Assembly: GCA_043797665.1 (NCBI GenBank) | Contig: JAZDPL010000006.1 | Span: 1-43,109 of the forward strand | Direction of reading: 5' to 3' | Origin: Candidatus Omnitrophota bacterium | GTDB taxonomy: Bacteria > Ratteibacteria > UBA8468 > MWAK01 | DNA length: 43,109 nucleotides | In this document: piece by piece, positions 38,043 through 43,109 of the stretch | Position numbering within the stretch: the stretch's first letter is position 1 | Layout: each line of letters begins with the position of its first letter | Notes under the pieces: generated by a model | Seen by the model: the letters and a program-made list of their open reading frames with translations, nothing else | What the model was told of the DNA's origin: nothing | Database searches by the model: none | Made by a program: the position numbers and the translations under genes

Positions 38043-38160
38043 TATAGAAAAAGGCAAGTAGTGGTTGATGTTCTCCTGGATTCTTCTGTCCTCGAAAACT
38101 GTTCTATTTTCCGCTAATATGATATAATAGAAATAATTACTCCAAATCATGAATTTGGTA

Positions 38161-38216
38161 CGCAGGCTGAAGCCTGCGGCTACCTGGATTCCCGCTTAAT
38201 ACACGCGGGAATGACA
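38161..38216 (-). repeat. Family B plus family C units at the right edge of the island
   Basis: CGCAGGCTGAAGCCTGCGGCTAC; TGGATTCCCGC..GCGGGAATGACA. Confidence 0.85.
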
Positions 38217-38259
38217 ACCTAACGGATATACAATTGGGAAATTAAAAAAAGGATTGATT

Positions 38260-38967
38260 ATGGCGGAGACACTTAATTGCTACGCAAGGGAAGAGATTGG
38301 GAAAGGGGCGGTAAGAAAGTTACGGAATAAAGGTTTTATTCCCGGAATCATATACGGACACAAAGCAGAAACGGTTTCGGTCTATACCCCGGAAAAAGAG
38401 TTTACCAAGATCTGGAGTCATATCGCGGGCAAACAGGTGATGCTGGAAATAATTATCAACAAGGACGGTAAAGAAACCAAAGCAACCGGTTTCCTGCAGG
38501 AGTTCCAGCAGAACCCGATAACCGGCCGGTTTGTCCATCTTGATTTCCATCAGGTCCGGGCGGCCGACAAGATTCGCGTGGCGATACCGGTGGAACTGGT
38601 CGGCGAAGCGTTAGGCATAAAGGAAGGCGGAATTGTAGACCATCTTTTACGGGAAGTAGAAGTAGAGGCTTTACCCAAAGACCTGCCGGAAAAGTTCACG
38701 GTAGACGTAGGAAATTTACAAATCGGGGATACTATCTATGTCTCGCAGTTAACGGTCGGAGAAGGAATTAAGGTTCTCAGCGGTCCGGAAGACCCGATCG
38801 CATCGGTTCTGGCGCCGAAGAAAGAAGAGGTCGTTGTCGAAGAAGTCGTTGCACCCGTCGAAGAAGAAAAGGTTGAACCGAAAGTAATCAGCGAAGAAGT
38901 AACTGAAGAACGCCGGAAGAAGAAAGAGGAAGAAAAGAAAGAAGAGAAAAAAGAGAAAAAAGAATAG
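38260..38967 (+). CDS. rplY: 50S ribosomal protein L25/Ctc
   Basis: GKGAVRKLR..GFIPGIIYG, HLDF, GIKEGG, E/K-rich tail; adjacent to pth. Confidence 0.95.
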   Translation: MAETLNCYAREEIGKGAVRKLRNKGFIPGIIYGHKAETVSVYTPEKEFTKIWSHIAGKQVMLEIIINKDGKETKATGFLQEFQQNPITGRFVHLDFHQVRAADKIRVAIPVELVGEALGIKEGGIVDHLLREVEVEALPKDLPEKFTVDVGNLQIGDTIYVSQLTVGEGIKVLSGPEDPIASVLAPKKEEVVVEEVVAPVEEEKVEPKVISEEVTEERRKKKEEEKKEEKKEKKE

Positions 38968-38998
38968 TTGAAAAGCGTCAACGAATGCCGTTCCCGCA

Positions 38999-39066
38999 TG
39001 TCATTCTGAGGAGCACAGCGACGAAGAATCTAAAAGATAGATCCTTCGCTACCGCTCAGGATGACA
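38999..39066. repeat. Family C inverted doublet (TGTCATTCTGAG..GAATCT / AGATCCTTCG..CAGGATGACA)
   Basis: Near match to 42955-43016. Confidence 0.85.
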
Positions 39067-39089
39067 CGTACCTTACTGAATATTCGCGA

Positions 39090-39626
39090 TTGAATATCGG
39101 AGACAGGTTTTTGATAGTGGGCCTGGGCAACCCCGGAAAAAAATACGAAAAGAACAGACACAATTCAGGTTTTCGCATTATCGACCGTCTGGCAAAGGAT
39201 ACGGATTTCCGAAGGACGTCAAAAGCATTAGCAGCAAAAACAAAGATAGCGGGAAAAGAAGTCCTCCTGGCTAAGCCGCTCACTTACGTCAATCGCTCCG
39301 GAGAAGCCGCCTTAAGCCTTCTGACCCGGTATCGCTTAAAAAAAGAATCCCTGTTGGTGGTATGCGATGACTTTTCTTTACCGTTCGGTACCATCCGGCT
39401 CAGAATCCAGGGAAGTTCCGGGGGACATAACGGTCTTCAGTCCATCATTGAAACCATCGGCAGCGGATTTGCCCGTCTGCGAATCGGGATTGGCAATCCA
39501 ACTACTTCCGCGGATTGGTCAAATTACGTTTTAAGTAATTTCAGCCCGGAGGAAGAAAAGAATCTGCCGGAGATTTTAGATAACGCGGTAGAGGAAATTG
39601 TTAGTTATCTTAAAGGCAGGAACTAA
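39090..39626 (+). CDS. pth: Peptidyl-tRNA hydrolase
   Basis: LIVGLGNPG..Y..NRHNSGF, KPLTYVN.SG, GGHNGL, RLRIGIG; start probably TTG 39090 or 39111 rather than 38985. Confidence 0.93.
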   Translation: MNIGDRFLIVGLGNPGKKYEKNRHNSGFRIIDRLAKDTDFRRTSKALAAKTKIAGKEVLLAKPLTYVNRSGEAALSLLTRYRLKKESLLVVCDDFSLPFGTIRLRIQGSSGGHNGLQSIIETIGSGFARLRIGIGNPTTSADWSNYVLSNFSPEEEKNLPEILDNAVEEIVSYLKGRN

Positions 39627-39700
39627 TGCAAACGAATTAAATACTTTAACGTAGGGGTCGGATTTATCCGACCCGCGGGCTTGATAAATCAAACCCCTAC
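39624..39700 (+). repeat. Family A REP (39651-39700) with leader
   Basis: One mismatch to the 50-bp consensus; leader begins with the pth stop codon. Confidence 0.92.
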
Positions 39701-39718
39701 AAAATACAGAGGAGAGGT

Positions 39719-41803
39719 ATGAACTGGATAGGCGTAGTTCCGTTAATCGGCACTTTAATTATTGCGGTCTTTGTCTCTTTCTTGATTCGTAAAATCAAGT
39801 CCGCGGACGAAGGCGATGAAGAGATGAAAAAAGTCTCTGCCGCAGTCCGGGAGGGCGCTTTTGCCTATCTGAAACGTCAGTACACCAGCGTGGGAATCTA
39901 CGCCCTGGCTTTTTTTGTCGTGCTGATTATTATGGAGTTGACCAACCTCCTGCCTCTTTTTTCCGGAGCCGCCTTTCTTACCGGAACCCTCTGCTCCGCT
40001 TTAGCCGGCTTTATCGGAATGAATATCGCCACCCAGAGCAGTCACCGCACCACCGCCGCGGCCCGTTACTCCTTGAATGGAGCCCTCCGCGTCGCTTTTT
40101 CAGCCGGTGCGGTTATGGGGCTAACGGTCGTTGGCCTGGCTCTGGCGAATTTAGGCATCTGGTACCTCATTCTGAAGTGGTACTACCGGTTCTGGCCCGA
40201 AGCCGAGACGATACGCAAGATTGGCGCAACTTTGTTCTGTGCCGGAATGGGTGCCAGCGGACAGGCGCTCTTTGCCCGGGTCGGCGGCGGAATCTTCACC
40301 AAAGGCGCGGACGTTGGAGCGGACCTGGTCGGTAAAATAGAAATCGGCATTCCGGAAGATGACCCGCGGAACCCGGCGGTCATCGCGGATAACGTCGGAG
40401 ACAACGTCGGCGACATCGCGGGTATGGGCGCTGACCTCTACGAATCCTACCTTGATTCTATTGTCGCGGCCATTGCTCTTTCGGTTGCGGCCGGTCTTTC
40501 TTACGGCGGTGTTGGCCTGCCGATAATTTTTGCGACCGCAGCCGCAGTCGCTTCCATCGCCGCCACCTTCTTTGTCCGGACCGGCGAAAAAGCCTCGCAG
40601 GCACAATTGTTGACAGCCTTACGCCGGGGCACCTACGGTGCGTCAATACTGACAGCCATATTTGCTCTTATTCTGGTCAGGGTGATAACACCGGACCACT
40701 TCGGAATATTCTGGGCGATTATGGCCGGTTTGGTCGGGGGAAACCTCATCGGCTTTATCACCGAATACTTTACTTCGGACAATTACCGGCCTACTCAACA
40801 GGTTGCGGAATCGGCCAGGACCGGTCCGGCGACCGTGATTCTGGAGGGGATTTCCACCGGTATGTTTTCCACCCTGGCACCGGTTTTGATTGTGGTCATT
40901 GCCAGTCTGACCGCGTATTATCTGGCCGGCGGAAAAACCATGCCCGAATTAGGTCTTTACGGCATCGCCATATCTGCGGTCGGCATGCTCTCTACGCTGG
41001 GAATTACCTTAGCAACCGACGCCTACGGTCCGGTAGCGGATAACGCGGGCGGAAATGCGGAGATGACCCATCAGAAACCGGAAGTCCGGGAACGGACCGA
41101 TGCCCTTGATTCTCTGGGAAATACGACCGCAGCCACCGGAAAAGGTTTTGCCATCGGTTCCGCCGCCCTGACCGCCTTAGCGCTTTTAGTCTCTTTCCGG
41201 GACCAGGTTATCACGCTGGTACCGGGAAAGATGACCTTCTCCGTATTGGACCCCAATCTCATCGCCGGGATATTCCTCGGCGCGGTCTACCCGTTTTTCT
41301 TCTGTTCCATGGCAATCAAGGCGGTGGGCCGGAATGCCCAGCTGATTGTGGAAGAGGTACGAAGGCAGTTCCGCACCATTGCCGGGCTTCTGGAAGGCAA
41401 AGCCAAACCGGACTATGCCCGGGCAGTGGATATCTGTACCCGGGGCGCCTTAAAAGAAATGCTGGCTCCTTCCATTATCACCATTGTCACGCCGATTGCG
41501 GTGGGAATCTTTTTAGGAGTGGAAGGCGTGATGGGGCTTCTGGTGGGTGCCATCACCTGCGGTTTTGCGGTCGCGGTGATGATGGCAAATTCCGGGGCCG
41601 TCTGGGATAACGCCAAAAAGTACATTGAAAAAGGACACTTGGGCGGTAAAAAGTCTGACCCGCATAAGGCCGCGGTCATCGGCGATACGGTGGGTGACCC
41701 GTTCAAGGATACCGCCGGTCCGGCTCTTAATATCATGATTAAGTTAATGTCCATTGTGGCGATTGTCTTCTCTGCCTTTATCGTTAAGTTCAGCCTCTTC
41801 TAA
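39719..41803 (+). CDS. hppA: Membrane-bound K+-dependent (probably Na+-translocating) pyrophosphatase
   Basis: ADVGADLVGKIE..IPEDDPRNP, DNVGDNVGD, GNTTAA (Ala at the K+-dependence site), GDTVGDPFKDTAGP. Confidence 0.93.
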   Translation: MNWIGVVPLIGTLIIAVFVSFLIRKIKSADEGDEEMKKVSAAVREGAFAYLKRQYTSVGIYALAFFVVLIIMELTNLLPLFSGAAFLTGTLCSALAGFIGMNIATQSSHRTTAAARYSLNGALRVAFSAGAVMGLTVVGLALANLGIWYLILKWYYRFWPEAETIRKIGATLFCAGMGASGQALFARVGGGIFTKGADVGADLVGKIEIGIPEDDPRNPAVIADNVGDNVGDIAGMGADLYESYLDSIVAAIALSVAAGLSYGGVGLPIIFATAAAVASIAATFFVRTGEKASQAQLLTALRRGTYGASILTAIFALILVRVITPDHFGIFWAIMAGLVGGNLIGFITEYFTSDNYRPTQQVAESARTGPATVILEGISTGMFSTLAPVLIVVIASLTAYYLAGGKTMPELGLYGIAISAVGMLSTLGITLATDAYGPVADNAGGNAEMTHQKPEVRERTDALDSLGNTTAATGKGFAIGSAALTALALLVSFRDQVITLVPGKMTFSVLDPNLIAGIFLGAVYPFFFCSMAIKAVGRNAQLIVEEVRRQFRTIAGLLEGKAKPDYARAVDICTRGALKEMLAPSIITIVTPIAVGIFLGVEGVMGLLVGAITCGFAVAVMMANSGAVWDNAKKYIEKGHLGGKKSDPHKAAVIGDTVGDPFKDTAGPALNIMIKLMSIVAIVFSAFIVKFSLF

Positions 41804-41804
41804 A

Positions 41805-42965
41805 ATGGATGTTTACCAGCAGTCGCTTGCCCTCCACCTGAAACATAAGGGAAAGATTGAAGTCTGCAGTAAGGTTCCCCTTAAGGATAAATCAGACCTT
41901 TCTTTAGCCTATACACCGGGCGTAGCAGCCGCCTGCCGGGAAATTGAAAAAGAACGAAACCGGGTTTACGATTACACCAGCAAGGGCAATTTAGTGGCGG
42001 TGGTAACCGACGGCAGTGCGGTCCTGGGTCTGGGTAACATCGGGCCGGAGGCGGCGCTCCCGGTGATGGAAGGCAAAGCCATCCTTTTCAAAGAATTTGG
42101 CGGGATTGACGCTTTTCCCATCGCCATCGCCAGCCAGAATACCGAAGAAATTATCCGCACCGTAACCTTGATTGCGCCTGGTTTCGGCGGAATAAACCTG
42201 GAGGATATCTCCGCACCGCGTTGTTTCTCCATAGAAGAACGCCTCAAGGAAACACTGGATATCCCGGTCTTCCACGACGACCAGCACGGCACCGCGATAG
42301 TGGTTTATGCCGCATTAATTAACGCGTTGAAACTAACTTCGAAGAGATTGACTGAAATTAAAGTGCTCATCTCCGGTGCCGGTGCGGCGGGTATCGCCAT
42401 CACCAAGTTCCTTCTGTCCGCCGGGGTTAACGAAATTATCCTTTGTGACCGGGAGGGTGCCATCTACGAAGGCCGGACGGGACAGACTAATTATGCCAAG
42501 GAAGAAATTGCAAACCTAACCAATCGTCAAAAAAAAGCCGGTTCAATCTCCGACGTTCTACCAGGAACCGACGTCTTTATCGGTGTCTCGGTCTCGGACC
42601 TTTTGAACGGTCAGATGATAAGGACAATGGCAAAAGACCCTGTTATTATGGCGATGGCTAATCCGGTCCCGGAGATTATGCCGGAGGAAGCGAAAAAGGC
42701 AGGGGCAGTGGTGGTGGCAACCGGTCGGAGTGACTTCCCTAATCAGGTCAATAACCTCTTAGCCTTTCCCGGAATTTTTAGAGGTGCGTTTGCCGCCAAA
42801 GCCAGGAAGATTACCGAAGAGATGAAACGAGCGGCCAGTATGGCGATTGCGGAATTGGTTTCGGAGAAGGAACTCTCGTCTGACTATATCATCCCCTCCC
42901 CTTTAGACCTCCGGGTTGCGGAAGCGGTCGCCTCCGCCGTAGCGCGCGCCACTTCGTCATCCTGA
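41805..42965 (+). CDS. NAD(P)-dependent malic enzyme (short bacterial type)
   Basis: LSLAYTPGVA, LGLGNIG, VMEGK, NLEDI, FHDDQHGT, GAGAAG, NQVNN; stop codon lies within a repeat. Confidence 0.94.
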   Translation: MDVYQQSLALHLKHKGKIEVCSKVPLKDKSDLSLAYTPGVAAACREIEKERNRVYDYTSKGNLVAVVTDGSAVLGLGNIGPEAALPVMEGKAILFKEFGGIDAFPIAIASQNTEEIIRTVTLIAPGFGGINLEDISAPRCFSIEERLKETLDIPVFHDDQHGTAIVVYAALINALKLTSKRLTEIKVLISGAGAAGIAITKFLLSAGVNEIILCDREGAIYEGRTGQTNYAKEEIANLTNRQKKAGSISDVLPGTDVFIGVSVSDLLNGQMIRTMAKDPVIMAMANPVPEIMPEEAKKAGAVVVATGRSDFPNQVNNLLAFPGIFRGAFAAKARKITEEMKRAASMAIAELVSEKELSSDYIIPSPLDLRVAEAVASAVARATSSS

Positions 42966-43016
42966 GCGATAGCGAAGGATCCAAGAAATAGATTCTTCGT
43001 TTCACTCAGAATGACA
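42955..43016. repeat. Family C inverted doublet supplying the malic enzyme stop codon
   Basis: CGTCATCCTGAGCGATAGCGAAGGATCC / AGATTCTTCGTTTCACTCAGAATGACA. Confidence 0.85.
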
Positions 43017-43037
43017 TGGTAGGAAAATTAGGGTTTA

Positions 43038-43109
43038 TCACCGTTGGGAAGCACCCCAGTCGCTGTATTCGGAAAGGTAGGTGCCGTATTCTTCCGAGGC
43101 AATATTGAG
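43038..43109 (-). CDS. Possible 3' end of a convergent gene entering from outside the window
   Basis: Open frame ..LNIASEEYGTYLSEYSDWGASQR* to the window edge; too short to identify. Confidence 0.3.
   Translation of the reverse strand, partial: LNIASEEYGTYLSEYSDWGASQR

Noticed and set aside
38821..38967. GAA/AAA-rich low-complexity tract
   Set aside because: Encodes the ordinary E/K-rich tail of L25/Ctc
38985..39089. Repeat-encoded N-terminal extension of Pth
   Set aside because: Downstream TTG starts exist (39090; 39111 with GGAG RBS), so the repeat is more simply intergenic
930..42292. Numerous antisense or alternative-frame ORFs (e.g. 930-1583, 15468-16184, 21523-22173, 29752-30477, 33859-34458)
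   Set aside because: Shadows of well-supported genes with no recognisable motifs

Overview
Bacterial chromosomal window, probably from an anaerobe with a PVC/Omnitrophota-like gene repertoire (inferred from AcsE, a prepilin/H-X9-DG protein and a DUF4838-like protein). A housekeeping backbone (acsE-like, xylB, hisI, secD-secF, rsmD, coaD-rpmF-plsX-def, rplY-pth-hppA, malic enzyme) is interrupted by two accessory blocks. The first (~6.1-14.9 kb) separates rsmD from coaD and carries a frameshifted HEPN gene, an XRE regulator, a four-gene pilin/pseudopilin cassette, an OB-fold protein, a RelE-type TA pair and a Ca2+ P-type ATPase. The second (~17.5-38.0 kb) is a GntR-associated carbohydrate catabolic island with 3 MDR and 3 SDR dehydrogenases, glycosidase-like proteins, an M24 hydrolase, a signal-less sugar-binding protein, an ALDH, an orphan E1 alpha/beta pair and several deletion scars. 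Most of the larger intergenic gaps hold short palindromic REP/MITE-like repeats of about 5 families. The most striking observation is that these repeats are translated inside the cleavable leader peptides of prepilin-type genes (two clear cases, one probable), and also supply start or stop codons and a C-terminal tail to other genes. No CRISPR array, rRNA, tRNA or transposase was seen. All product calls come from motif recognition, not database searches.
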